NCBI GenBank assembly: GCA_963665125.2
Contig: CAXXUK010000001.1
Span: 2,720,001-2,784,000 of the forward strand
Direction: 5' to 3'
Origin: an uncultured Desulfarculus sp.
Lineage (GTDB): Bacteria; Desulfobacterota; Desulfarculia; Desulfarculales; Desulfarculaceae
DNA: 64,000 nt
Part shown: in pieces, positions 44,857 to 54,612 of the stretch
Layout of the letters: each line of letters opens with the position of its first letter
How positions within the stretch are numbered: position 1 is the first letter of the stretch
Translations under genes and position numbers: made by a program
Notes under the pieces: model-generated
Told to the model about the DNA's origin: nothing
Databases searched by the model: none
The model's input: only the letters and a program-made list of their open reading frames with translations

Positions 44857-45456
44857 ATGCATATTTCCGAAGGAGTACTGTCAGCCCCGGTTTTGGTGAC
44901 CGGCGGCGCCTTGGCGGTTGTCGGCACGGCCATAGGCCTCAAGAGCATCGACTACGACAAGCTGCCCAGGGTGGCGGTTTTGTCGGCGGCCTTTTTCGTG
45001 GCCAGCCTGATTCATATTCCCATCGGGCCGGTCGCTGGCCATTTGGTGTTGAACGGTATCGTGGGCCTGTTGCTTGGCTGGGCCGCGTTTCCTTCGATAC
45101 TTGTGGCCCTGGCCCTGCAGGCGCTGCTGTTCCAATACGGCGGAATCATTGTCTTGGGCGTCAATACGGTGGTGATGGCTCTGCCGGCCGTAATCTGCCA
45201 TTACCTTTTCCGGGGTCTGGCCAGATCACCCAACCACACCTTGGGCTTCATGGGCGGCTTCGGTGCCGGGCTGCTGGCCGTGGCCCTGTCCGGAGTGCTG
45301 GCCGCCGCGGCCCTTTTTTACAGCGGCGACAGCTTCTTTACCACGGCGGCCGCGGTGGGGCTCGCCCACATCCCGGTCATGATCGCCGAGGGCTTCATCA
45401 CCGGCTTTGCAGCCGTGTTCATTACCAAGGTGCGCCCGGCCTTGTGGAACTTATAG
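44857..45456 (+). CDS. cbiM: Cobalt/nickel ECF transporter S component CbiM
   Basis: MHISEG N-terminus, FFVASLIH, HLVLNG, GG...LGVN, EG. Confidence 0.92.
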   Translation: MHISEGVLSAPVLVTGGALAVVGTAIGLKSIDYDKLPRVAVLSAAFFVASLIHIPIGPVAGHLVLNGIVGLLLGWAAFPSILVALALQALLFQYGGIIVLGVNTVVMALPAVICHYLFRGLARSPNHTLGFMGGFGAGLLAVALSGVLAAAALFYSGDSFFTTAAAVGLAHIPVMIAEGFITGFAAVFITKVRPALWNL

Positions 45457-45468
45457 AGAGGGAAAACG

Positions 45469-46071
45469 ATGACAAAACAATTGCGAAGCATTATCATTTG
45501 TTTGGTGAGTCTTTTTCTTCTCCAGGCTGGCCCGGCCCTTGCTCACAAGGTAAACATCTATGGATACTCGGAGGGCGGCAAACTGAAGGGGCAAGCCTAT
45601 TTCGCGGGCGGCAATCCGGCCAGAGAGTGCGAGATATTGCTTCTGGATGACAAGGGGCAACAGATCGGTAGCGCCAAAACCGGAGTTGACGGAGCGTTCG
45701 AGATGGCCCTGCCCAAGGCCAAGCCGCCGCTGAAACTGGTGGTTGTGGCCGGCGAGGGGCATCAGGGCGAATTTATTCTGAAGGCCGAGGATCTGGGGCT
45801 GGCCCAGGACGGCGCCCAGCCGACCGCGGAACCGAAACCCGTCGACAGTTCCGCGCCCCAGGCCGCCATCGCCGATACGGCCCAGCTTGAACAGGCCCTG
45901 GCCAAGGTGGTTGAGCAAAAGATCGCCCCCTTGCGGGCGCAAATCAGCCGCATGGCCGCCGAACAGCCTTCCAAGATCAACGAGATCATCGGGGGAATCG
46001 GCTGGATTATCGGCCTGTTGGGCATAGCGGCATTTTTCTTGGCTCGCAGAAAAAACACGGAGCAAGGTTAA
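45469..46071 (+). CDS. CbiL/NikL-like auxiliary Co/Ni transport component
   Basis: AHKVNIY, YF.GG, GEGH, IIGGIGWIIGL C-terminal anchor; between cbiM and cbiQ. Confidence 0.75.
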   Translation: MTKQLRSIIICLVSLFLLQAGPALAHKVNIYGYSEGGKLKGQAYFAGGNPARECEILLLDDKGQQIGSAKTGVDGAFEMALPKAKPPLKLVVVAGEGHQGEFILKAEDLGLAQDGAQPTAEPKPVDSSAPQAAIADTAQLEQALAKVVEQKIAPLRAQISRMAAEQPSKINEIIGGIGWIIGLLGIAAFFLARRKNTEQG

Positions 46072-46077
46072 ACTACA

Positions 46078-46839
46078 GTGGTAGGTTTTGAGACAGCGTC
46101 AAACGGAGGAGCCAAGGGGATTCTGGCCCGGCTGGATCCCCGCGGTAAAATCCTGGCGGCCTTCGGGTTCAGCCTGGTGGCGGCGTTGGCCCAAAACGTC
46201 CGGACTGCGGCGGCCTGCCTGGCTTTGGGCCTCATCCTGACCACTGTTTCAAAGCTGCGGCCCGTGCTGGTATTCCGCAGGGCTCTGGCCGTCAATGTCT
46301 TTGTCTTGTTTCTTTGGCTGTTGCTTCCCTGGCAACTCAATCTGGGCCAGACAGTCGAAGCGTCGATGTTCAAGTTCAATCCTCCCGGCCTTGAATTGGC
46401 CGGTCTGATCACCTTGAAGGTCAATGCCGTGTTTTTGGCCCTGTTGGCCCTGTTGGGCACCAGCAATGTCAACGACCTGCTACACGCCATGGCCCACCTG
46501 AAGGTACCCGGCAAGCTGGTCACGCTGTTTCTGTTGTTCTACCGCTATATCCACGTAATGCGCGGCGAACTGGGCCGCCTGCGCCAGGCCATGACGGCCC
46601 GGGGGTTTCAGCCGGGCAACAATGCCCACACCTACCATACCTACGCCAATTTGGTGGGCATGCTCCTGGTGCGCAGCTTCGACCGCTCCGAGCGGGTGTA
46701 CCAGGCCATGCTTCTGCGGGGCTTTGACGGCACGTTTTGGCTGATGGATCACTTTGGCTGGCACCGCCGGGATTCGGTATTCTTGACTTTATCCGCCGTT
46801 TGCCTGGCCTTGGCGGTCGTTCTGGAATGGGGTGTCTAG
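46078..46839 (+). CDS. cbiQ: Cobalt ECF transporter T component CbiQ
   Basis: LDPRGK, YRYI, ARGF, RSFDRSERVYQAMLLRGF. Confidence 0.92.
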   Translation: MVGFETASNGGAKGILARLDPRGKILAAFGFSLVAALAQNVRTAAACLALGLILTTVSKLRPVLVFRRALAVNVFVLFLWLLLPWQLNLGQTVEASMFKFNPPGLELAGLITLKVNAVFLALLALLGTSNVNDLLHAMAHLKVPGKLVTLFLLFYRYIHVMRGELGRLRQAMTARGFQPGNNAHTYHTYANLVGMLLVRSFDRSERVYQAMLLRGFDGTFWLMDHFGWHRRDSVFLTLSAVCLALAVVLEWGV

Positions 46840-47491
46840 TTTGGAACTGCTTCGTCTTGAAAATCTCAGCTTTGCATATCAGGGTATGCCGCCGGTGCAC
46901 CAGGGGCTTAATTTCAGCCTCAAACAGGAAGACCGCATCGGCATTCTGGGCCCCAACGGAGCGGGCAAATCCACCATGTTTCTGCTGGCCATGGGCCTTT
47001 TGAAGCCCAGCGGCGGCAAAGTATTTCATCGTGGCCGCGAATGCGCCGACGAATCCGGTTTCCGGGCCCTGCGCCGGGACGTGGGGCTGCTCTTCCAGGA
47101 CCCCGACGACCAGCTCTTTTGCCCCACCGTGGCCGAGGATGTGGCCTTCGGGCCCCGCAACCTGGGCCTGTCCCGTGATGAAGCCCTGGAAAGAGTGGAC
47201 CAGAGCCTGGATGCCCTGGGGCTTGGCGGATATCAGAAGAGGGTCACCTATCAACTTTCCGGCGGAGAGAAGCGCCTGGTCACCCTGGCAGCGGTGTTGG
47301 CCATGCATCCCAGCGCCCTGCTGCTTGACGAGCCGAGCAACGGCCTGGACGATGAGCACACGGCCCTTCTCGAACGGCACTTGGCCGCCTCGGGACTATC
47401 CTGGGCAATAGTGTCCCACGACCGCCCTTTCCTGGAGCGCATCTGCACCACTTTATTAAAATTGGAGCACGGCGGGCTGGTGGCGGCCTGA
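46832..47491 (+). CDS. cbiO: ECF transporter ATPase CbiO
   Basis: GPNGAGKST, FQDPDDQLF, LSGGEK, LLDEP. Confidence 0.92.
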   Translation: MSSLELLRLENLSFAYQGMPPVHQGLNFSLKQEDRIGILGPNGAGKSTMFLLAMGLLKPSGGKVFHRGRECADESGFRALRRDVGLLFQDPDDQLFCPTVAEDVAFGPRNLGLSRDEALERVDQSLDALGLGGYQKRVTYQLSGGEKRLVTLAAVLAMHPSALLLDEPSNGLDDEHTALLERHLAASGLSWAIVSHDRPFLERICTTLLKLEHGGLVAA

Positions 47492-47496
47492 GGCAA

Positions 47497-47850
47497 TCAG
47501 GCCCGGCAGCAGTTCATCAGACGACTCAGGCCGGCTTTTTGCTCGGAATCCAAAGCACCGAAGCTCAGACCGCATGAGTGGCGGTTGTTAAACGAATCTT
47601 CCTTGGGTACGGAAGACGTGCAACGGTGCCAGACGAGCTCACAGTCCAGATCAGAAATGAATATCTTGCCTTCACGGACTAGTATATCTATTTTTATCGG
47701 TGAGGAAGTAACCGGACTTGTCGAGTGATATTCAAGGCATATGCCTGAAAAACTGACATCGGACACACGGCCAACCCTGCTGTAGCTCGGCCGCATCACG
47801 GCTATGGCATCACCCTCGGGTTTTTTCCGCGGGCTTCTCCTGCGTTCCAA
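47497..47850 (-). CDS. PilZ domain protein
   Basis: ERRRSPR (RxxxR) and DVSFSG (DxSxxG) motifs. Confidence 0.82.
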   Translation of the reverse strand: MERRRSPRKKPEGDAIAVMRPSYSRVGRVSDVSFSGICLEYHSTSPVTSSPIKIDILVREGKIFISDLDCELVWHRCTSSVPKEDSFNNRHSCGLSFGALDSEQKAGLSRLMNCCRA

Positions 47851-47945
47851 AACAGACCCCCTTGCGTGGAATAATGAAGTCTATCCCACGCATCAACAGC
47901 GGGCAACAAAAAAATGTATAATATCCCCTCGTGAATTAGTGTTTT

Positions 47946-50900
47946 CTAAGAGGCGTCGTCTCCCTTCCGCAAGACTGACCGAATCGCCGCCAGCAGCTCG
48001 TGCCTGCGGTAGGGTTTGGCCACATACGCCGCCACGCCCTGTTCCATGATATCGCGCAAATGACTTTCCGGGGCGTAGCCGCTGGCTATTATCACCTTGG
48101 CGTCCGCATCGATCTGCTTGATCAGGGTAAGGCATTTATGCCCGCCCATGCCGGGCATGTTGACGTCCAACACCACTGCGGCTATGTCACTCTTACGTTG
48201 TTTGAAAACCTCCAGGGCCTCTTCACCGTTTTTGGCCAAGACCACCTCGTAACCAGATCTTTTAAGAATTTTAGAGCCGATATCCAACAGAACCGATTCG
48301 TCATCGACAAGCAAAATCAATCCGCTGCCTGTTTGGTGATGCGGCGCTTCAACCTCGTCTTGCGGTTCGTCCGTCGGGGATTCCCGGCCGCCCACTGGAA
48401 AATAAATTTTAAACGCCGTGCCCCGGCCCACCTCGCTGTAACAGTCGATGTGACCCAAGTGGCCCTTGATGATGCCGTATACCGTGGCCAAACCAAGGCC
48501 CGTGCCATGGCCGACATCCTTGGTGGTAAAAAACGGATCAAAAATATGCTGCAATGTCTTCTGGTCCATGCCTTGTCCGGTGTCGCTGACCATCAGCAGC
48601 ACGTAATCGCCCGGTCCCAAGGGGATTGCGGCCCTGGCGTCCTCCCTGGACACTCGCACCACGGACGTATGAAAACAAAGCTCGCCGCCGTCGGGCATGG
48701 AGTCCTGGGAATTGCTGGCCAAATTCATCATTACCTGTTCAATCTGGTTCGCGTTTCCCAGGATCAAGGGCAAATCATCAGCCAAGTTCAACTTGATATC
48801 GATCATTTTGGACAACATGCGGCGCAGGAGTTTTTCCGTCTGCCTTATTTCGTAATTCAGGTCGACGGGCCTGAGTTCAGCCTCTGTCTGCCTGCTGAAG
48901 GTCAATATTTGTTTGACCAGTTCCCTGGCCCTGCCGGCCGCCAGCAAGACGTTTTCCAGATCCTCCGGAGTCGGCATGCCTCCCGCCGCCGATTCCTGGG
49001 CCAGTTCGGTGAACCCGACTATGGCCGCCAGGATATTGTTGAAGTCGTGGGCGATTCCTCCGGCCAAGGTGCCCAAGGCCTCCATTTTTTGGGAATGGCG
49101 AAGCTGCTGCTCCAGCTTGAGTTTTTCCTCTTTGGCCCTTTTCACCGCGGTTACGTCATTGAAAACCCACAACTCGGCGTTGTCGACTATGCCGCCGTTG
49201 AACTCTATTTGGCGATATTCCCCATCCTTGCGATGGATTCGCAGGGTCCTTCCCTGACGAAAACCATTGTCCCGGTCGATCTCAAAAAGCCGCCGGAAGG
49301 CCACGGCCTCATCGCCAAACAGTTTACTGAACCATTTGTCGGTGGTGTCCATTTCGTGCCGGGCATATCCGGTGATCTGTTCGGCGGCCCGGTTGAGGAA
49401 TAAATACTCTCCATCGCGAAGCACCGCCCCCAGGGGCAGGTTTTCCACGATGTTGCGCAGGCGCCGTTCGCTTTCCCGGAGCAGACGGTCGGCCTTTTTG
49501 CGGTCGCTGATATCCATGGCCGTGAAAACAAGGCCCGCATCGAAATCGTCCGGTTCAATTTGGGCCGAACTCAGGAGCAGATCAAACACCGTCCCGTTTT
49601 TCCGGGCCCACCGCGTCTCCACCGTCCCCAGCCCCCTGTAACGGACATCGGCGTGTTTCTCGCGGCCCACGCGCTCGTATTCCTCGTCTGATTCGTACAA
49701 CCGCCTTGCCGGCATGCCGCTAAGTTCATGTTCCTCAAAACCGGTCAACAGCGTCATCTGGCGGTTTGTCCAATCGATGACCCTGTCTTTGCCCGACACC
49801 CTGCCGATGCCCACCGGCGCGGCGTGCATCAGGCTCTTTATCACGCTTTCGCTTTGACGCAGTTCATTGAGAATGCGTTTTTGCTCGGAAACATCGCGCA
49901 CCACCAAAACCCGCGCCTCGCCGCCTTTGTAGGTGATATCGCGGCTGCGAACCATAACGTCGAAAACGCTGCCTTCGGCGTCCACGGCCTGGGCTTCGCA
50001 ACGAACCGGCGTCGGAGACTCCATGGTCTTGAGCACGCACCTGAGGCTGTCTTGGGTAAACAACCTTTCAAAAGGCAGGCTAACCATGTCTCCATTGCCG
50101 TAGCCGAACATTTTGAAAGCCTCGGCGTTGGTGTCTATACAGCGGCCGTCGGCGACCACGAACACCGCCTCGAAAGCCGCTCCGGCCAGGGCCTGGTAAC
50201 GCTGCTCGCTTTCCTTGAGCGATTCTTCGGCGGCCAGGCGTTCGGTCACGTCCAGATTGAAGTTCAAGGTTGCCGGGCGGCCATCCCAATCGATGAGCAC
50301 CGTATGCAGTTCGGCCCAGCGCACCGTCCCGTCGCGTCTCAAAAGCCGGAACAAATAGACACTGGGCAGAGTCTCTCCGCCCAACCTGCGGTGGTGCCGC
50401 CCCTCGACAAGGTGGTGGTCCTCCGGATGAATGTATTCAACAAGCTTGTGCCCGACAATCTCAGGAGGTTCAAAACCCAGCATCTCGGCCATGGCCCTGT
50501 TGACATAACAGGCGGCTCCGTCCTGGGCCACGTTGATGCCGATGGGCGAACTATCGATCATCGCGCGAAGGTCGGTCTCCGAGCGTGACAGCGCGTCTTG
50601 AGCCGTTACCTTGTCGGTGATGTCCAGGCCGATGCCCCATCTGGCCCAGCCTTCAACTGGAAAGCTATTGGATATGTCGGTCCAGGCGATGATCCTCTGG
50701 GCGCCGTCGGCCGCCTGCAAATGCAATTCGCGCCCATGAAAATCATTGTCCTTGAACCGGCCGAGATTGACTACCTGCTCCCTATATTGCTCATTGGGAT
50801 ACAGCAGTTCCACCGCCTCTGGATTGTTCAGGATACGGTCCTTGGTGTACCCGGTGACCCTCTCGGCCTCCCTGTTCCAAAAGACGACGGTGCCCGCATC

Positions 50901-51077
50901 ATCAAGCGCGTAGATGATGATCGGCATATTTTCGGCAAGTTGGAGAAGATTCGAGCGATTCTGTTCGATCAGATCCAAGGTGTTCTTTTTATGCGAGCCA
51001 CTATTTGAGATGGCAAGCCAACGCAGGCGTTTGAGGGCAGACAGGGCCTGCTGACCGGCCGAACTCCCCCGCTGCAT
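47946..51077 (-). CDS. Multi-PAS hybrid histidine kinase with C-terminal receiver
   Basis: About five PAS repeats, QKMEALGTLAGGIAHDFNN, GTGLGL, LVDDE..LDVNMP..K; start uncertain. Confidence 0.93.
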   Translation of the reverse strand: MQRGSSAGQQALSALKRLRWLAISNSGSHKKNTLDLIEQNRSNLLQLAENMPIIIYALDDAGTVVFWNREAERVTGYTKDRILNNPEAVELLYPNEQYREQVVNLGRFKDNDFHGRELHLQAADGAQRIIAWTDISNSFPVEGWARWGIGLDITDKVTAQDALSRSETDLRAMIDSSPIGINVAQDGAACYVNRAMAEMLGFEPPEIVGHKLVEYIHPEDHHLVEGRHHRRLGGETLPSVYLFRLLRRDGTVRWAELHTVLIDWDGRPATLNFNLDVTERLAAEESLKESEQRYQALAGAAFEAVFVVADGRCIDTNAEAFKMFGYGNGDMVSLPFERLFTQDSLRCVLKTMESPTPVRCEAQAVDAEGSVFDVMVRSRDITYKGGEARVLVVRDVSEQKRILNELRQSESVIKSLMHAAPVGIGRVSGKDRVIDWTNRQMTLLTGFEEHELSGMPARRLYESDEEYERVGREKHADVRYRGLGTVETRWARKNGTVFDLLLSSAQIEPDDFDAGLVFTAMDISDRKKADRLLRESERRLRNIVENLPLGAVLRDGEYLFLNRAAEQITGYARHEMDTTDKWFSKLFGDEAVAFRRLFEIDRDNGFRQGRTLRIHRKDGEYRQIEFNGGIVDNAELWVFNDVTAVKRAKEEKLKLEQQLRHSQKMEALGTLAGGIAHDFNNILAAIVGFTELAQESAAGGMPTPEDLENVLLAAGRARELVKQILTFSRQTEAELRPVDLNYEIRQTEKLLRRMLSKMIDIKLNLADDLPLILGNANQIEQVMMNLASNSQDSMPDGGELCFHTSVVRVSREDARAAIPLGPGDYVLLMVSDTGQGMDQKTLQHIFDPFFTTKDVGHGTGLGLATVYGIIKGHLGHIDCYSEVGRGTAFKIYFPVGGRESPTDEPQDEVEAPHHQTGSGLILLVDDESVLLDIGSKILKRSGYEVVLAKNGEEALEVFKQRKSDIAAVVLDVNMPGMGGHKCLTLIKQIDADAKVIIASGYAPESHLRDIMEQGVAAYVAKPYRRHELLAAIRSVLRKGDDAS

Positions 51078-51249
51078 ACATCGGCCTCCGGCAATCTGTA
51101 CCTATAAGGTTATGGTAAGCATGTTGAGCATCTTGCCGCAAGTACTATTGATCCCCAATCAGCTAATAACCATTGCCCATCAAAAAGACGTGCTGGCGTA
51201 TACAGCCCGAGCGCTTTACAATGACACGACAAACATTGACTGGAGCGAC

Positions 51250-54200
51250 GTGGGCATCCGATTCTACATTACGCCGAGGCGCCTGATACTGATAGCCATC
51301 GCGTTTATTGGTCTGTTCCTGCGTCTTTGGGGGCTGTCCTGGGGCCACGGGCAGGTCGTGCACAATCCCGGCGAATGGGCCTGGCGGGCGGTTGACCATC
51401 TTTCCCTGAGCACACCGGTATATCCGGGGATGTTCAACCAGGCCTTTTATTCCCTGGCCGCATTTTTTCACAGCTCGGTCTCGTCTTTGTTGGGGTCCAT
51501 CGGCCTGATGACAGGCCAAACCAGGTTTGTTTCAGAGGCGGTTCTTTCCCCCCTGATTACAACCAGACTGCTGGCCGCCCTTTTTTCAACAGGCCAAATT
51601 GTCATGGCCTATATCCTGGGGCGGCGCTGCTTCCGCAGCGTGGGCACGGGCATGCTGGCCGCGGCCATGGTTGCCTGCAGCCCGATTCTGGTAGCCGAGG
51701 GCCACAGCATTTCCATTTCGGCTCCGCTGGGCGTCATGTCCCTGACCTGCATGTTGATTTGCCTGGGCCTGCTGGCGCGGCCCACCTGGCGGATATGCGC
51801 CTTGGCCGGTTTGGCCGCAGGATTCACTCTCACTATTCATCCGCTGGGCTTCGGCGTCTGGCCTTTGTTTTTTTGCACGTTCATCGCGGCCTTGAAAGGG
51901 CAGAAGGTCCGGCCTGTTCAATACCTTTTGATCATGCCCCTGGCCTCCCTGCTCGGGCTGGCCATTGGGCTTTTGGCAGGCTGTCCGGGGTTGATAACGC
52001 CTGAATTCTGGCAGTCCGACGCCATGTCGATCCTCTTGCCGCCCACGCCCGCGGAAGGCTGGTTCAAGCTGCTGCACACCAACCTGGCCGACGTCCTGCA
52101 CCTGTTGACCGATGTGGGAGGGTTGGCGGTCATGGGCCTGTGGCTGGCAGGCGTTGGCCTGTGCTTGCGCCGTTCCACCCCCGCCAGACTGCTTTTTGCC
52201 TCCGCTCCCGTGCCGTTTATTTTAATCGGCCTCATGGGACAGACCGACACTATCCCCATGTTCGTGGCTTCGTGGCTTCCCCTGGCCTGCGTATCGGCGG
52301 GCTGGCCTCTTGTTCTCCTGTGCCGCATGCCGGAAAAATACAGCCGCCAATTGGCCCTGGCATTTAGCATAGGCGTGTTGATCTGCATCACGCCGCTGTG
52401 GAAGTCCATGGGCCTGTCCTATCTGTTTTGGCAGCAGGACACGTTCACCAGCGCGGCGGACTGGCTTATACGGAACAAGCCGTCCCAGGCCAAGCTCCTG
52501 ATCGGAAAGGGCGTGCCTCAGGACCTTTTCCCCAAGGCCGAACCCCTACCTGGAAAAGTCGACATTTCGGAGATCATATCCAACGGCTCCTATGTATTGC
52601 TCCCGGCCGGACAGGACGATCATCCCGGACTGCAAAGGCTTGCCCTTTTCAATTTGAGCAGCATTTGGTATCCCCTGGGCGGCATTTCCGCAAACGAATT
52701 CCCGGCATGGCTGAGCCCAACCCTGGCAATCTACGGCCCGGCCTGGCCGGAAAACATTCGGCGCCCCCTGGCTCTGTTCAAGCAGGGGGCCCAACCGCGC
52801 CGCGCCTATGATCTGATCCACACCGCCGGCAGCACCTACGGCAAATGCAACCAAAGCATGCTCGTCGGACCGGGAAGCTGGCGCCAAAGGGTAATCCGCA
52901 GCGGCCAACCCCTGGAAGCCATCGCCGTGGACATGCGCAACCTTGGCCGCGACCTGGCGGTGGTGCAAGTCCGGCAAGGCCTGCGCTGGGCCCGCGACTA
53001 CAACATTTTCCCGGGCCAGGAGGCCGAGGTTATTTTCGACGCCGCCTCATGGCCTCCCATGCGGGGTGGACTACAGCCGGTCAAGGTCCGGGTTTTGAGG
53101 GGCGAAAACGTCTGGGCCCGCATCGAGTGGGACCCCTTGATGATCGGACGCCTGGCCCTGGAAAAAGGCGAATTTGATTTGGCCCGTAAAATGCTTCTAC
53201 AGGCCGTCAAGCGTTATCCTGGCAGTTTTGACGCAGCCGCCATGCTGGCCGGTTCCCTGGCCGCCTTGAACCGCCTCAACGCGGCCGGCTTGGTCTTGGA
53301 GGCCATCCAGGGTATAGACGACCACACCGCAGACAAGTTCATCAAGCTGGCCGCCGAACCTGGCGGTCCCCAGTGGGACGCCGAACTGCGGCGTCTGACA
53401 GGCTACGACACCCGCCTGTTGCGCAGGGCCACTGTGGAGGTTTTCAATATCGGAGGACCGGCCTTGCGCTCCGAGGGTAAAAAAATCCCCTTCGAGGGCA
53501 AGGGCTACAGCGGTGTCACCCTGAACAATGACGACGGCGGTTTTATCAAGATCTGGCTCAAAGACCCCACGCCCAGGGGGCATCAGTCGGCCCGCCTGGT
53601 CTTGGCCCTGAAGGACCACCAGCGGGCCAATGGAAAGCTGGCGGTAGCCGAGGTCTGGGGCCACGGCCCGGAAGGCTCGTCCCTGCTGGCCCAGCGGCAT
53701 ATCAACGCCGAGGACTTTACGGACCAGGCGTTGGTTGTGGAGTTGCCTTTTGAAAACAAGAGGCCGGGCGCCAGTCTTGAAATCGATCTCAACCTGTTGC
53801 GAAAGACGGACCTGCGGCTCCAGCAACTGCATGTCGGTGTCGACCTGAGGGGTCACATCAGGGGCACCCTGCGCTGGTTTCATGACGCCAGCGGCCGGGT
53901 GCACCTGGAACGGGGCCGGTATGCCGAGGCCGTGAAGAGCTTTGAGGCCATCTTGAAAATTGACCCCGAATTCACCAGGGCCTACATCCCCCTGGCAAGG
54001 TCACTAATCGATGCCGGCCAAACCAAACGCGCGGCCGAAGTCGTCCGACAGGCCGAGGGCCTTTTCAGCGGGCAGCCGGACATGCTCTCGGAAGTTCGTT
54101 CCCGGTACCAGGCCCTGCGCATGGACGAGGATGCGGCGCGGGTAGAAAAGAGCCTGGCAGATCTGCGGCCCTCGCTGAAGTTTGAAAGCCGTTTCGAGGG

Positions 54201-54612
54201 CGGCCTGACCCTTTTGGGTTACGACATGCCCCAAAACACGGCCCAGCCCGGAGGCGTGCTGGACATCAATTACTACTGGCGGGCCTGGGCCAAACCACCC
54301 ACCAACTACTTCGTGTTCGTGCACCTGGAGGGCCAGGGCCGTGTGGTCAACTACGACCACATGCTCGATCACGGCAGGGTTTCCATGACCGGGCTCAAGC
54401 CGGGCCAGGTGGTGCGGGAAAATTATCAGTTGAAGCTCCCCGGCGATCTGCCGCCGGGCGACTACAAGCTCGTGGTCGGTCTTTGGGACCCCAAATTCAC
54501 CGGCAAGGGCATGAACATCATCGACGGCAAGGGGCAGGGTTCCAAGGAACAGGTGCTGACCACGATAAAGGTGACCCAGCCGGACGCCACATCAACTCCG
54601 GGGAGCCCATAG
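51250..54612 (+). CDS. GT-C fold (PMT/GT39-like) membrane glycosyltransferase with TPRs and C-terminal beta-sandwich
   Basis: LRLWGL.WG, multi-TM N-half, TPR-like helices, LLGYD..YYW..FVH..PPGDYKLVVGLWD; start uncertain (51112-51250). Confidence 0.65.
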   Translation: MGIRFYITPRRLILIAIAFIGLFLRLWGLSWGHGQVVHNPGEWAWRAVDHLSLSTPVYPGMFNQAFYSLAAFFHSSVSSLLGSIGLMTGQTRFVSEAVLSPLITTRLLAALFSTGQIVMAYILGRRCFRSVGTGMLAAAMVACSPILVAEGHSISISAPLGVMSLTCMLICLGLLARPTWRICALAGLAAGFTLTIHPLGFGVWPLFFCTFIAALKGQKVRPVQYLLIMPLASLLGLAIGLLAGCPGLITPEFWQSDAMSILLPPTPAEGWFKLLHTNLADVLHLLTDVGGLAVMGLWLAGVGLCLRRSTPARLLFASAPVPFILIGLMGQTDTIPMFVASWLPLACVSAGWPLVLLCRMPEKYSRQLALAFSIGVLICITPLWKSMGLSYLFWQQDTFTSAADWLIRNKPSQAKLLIGKGVPQDLFPKAEPLPGKVDISEIISNGSYVLLPAGQDDHPGLQRLALFNLSSIWYPLGGISANEFPAWLSPTLAIYGPAWPENIRRPLALFKQGAQPRRAYDLIHTAGSTYGKCNQSMLVGPGSWRQRVIRSGQPLEAIAVDMRNLGRDLAVVQVRQGLRWARDYNIFPGQEAEVIFDAASWPPMRGGLQPVKVRVLRGENVWARIEWDPLMIGRLALEKGEFDLARKMLLQAVKRYPGSFDAAAMLAGSLAALNRLNAAGLVLEAIQGIDDHTADKFIKLAAEPGGPQWDAELRRLTGYDTRLLRRATVEVFNIGGPALRSEGKKIPFEGKGYSGVTLNNDDGGFIKIWLKDPTPRGHQSARLVLALKDHQRANGKLAVAEVWGHGPEGSSLLAQRHINAEDFTDQALVVELPFENKRPGASLEIDLNLLRKTDLRLQQLHVGVDLRGHIRGTLRWFHDASGRVHLERGRYAEAVKSFEAILKIDPEFTRAYIPLARSLIDAGQTKRAAEVVRQAEGLFSGQPDMLSEVRSRYQALRMDEDAARVEKSLADLRPSLKFESRFEGGLTLLGYDMPQNTAQPGGVLDINYYWRAWAKPPTNYFVFVHLEGQGRVVNYDHMLDHGRVSMTGLKPGQVVRENYQLKLPGDLPPGDYKLVVGLWDPKFTGKGMNIIDGKGQGSKEQVLTTIKVTQPDATSTPGSP

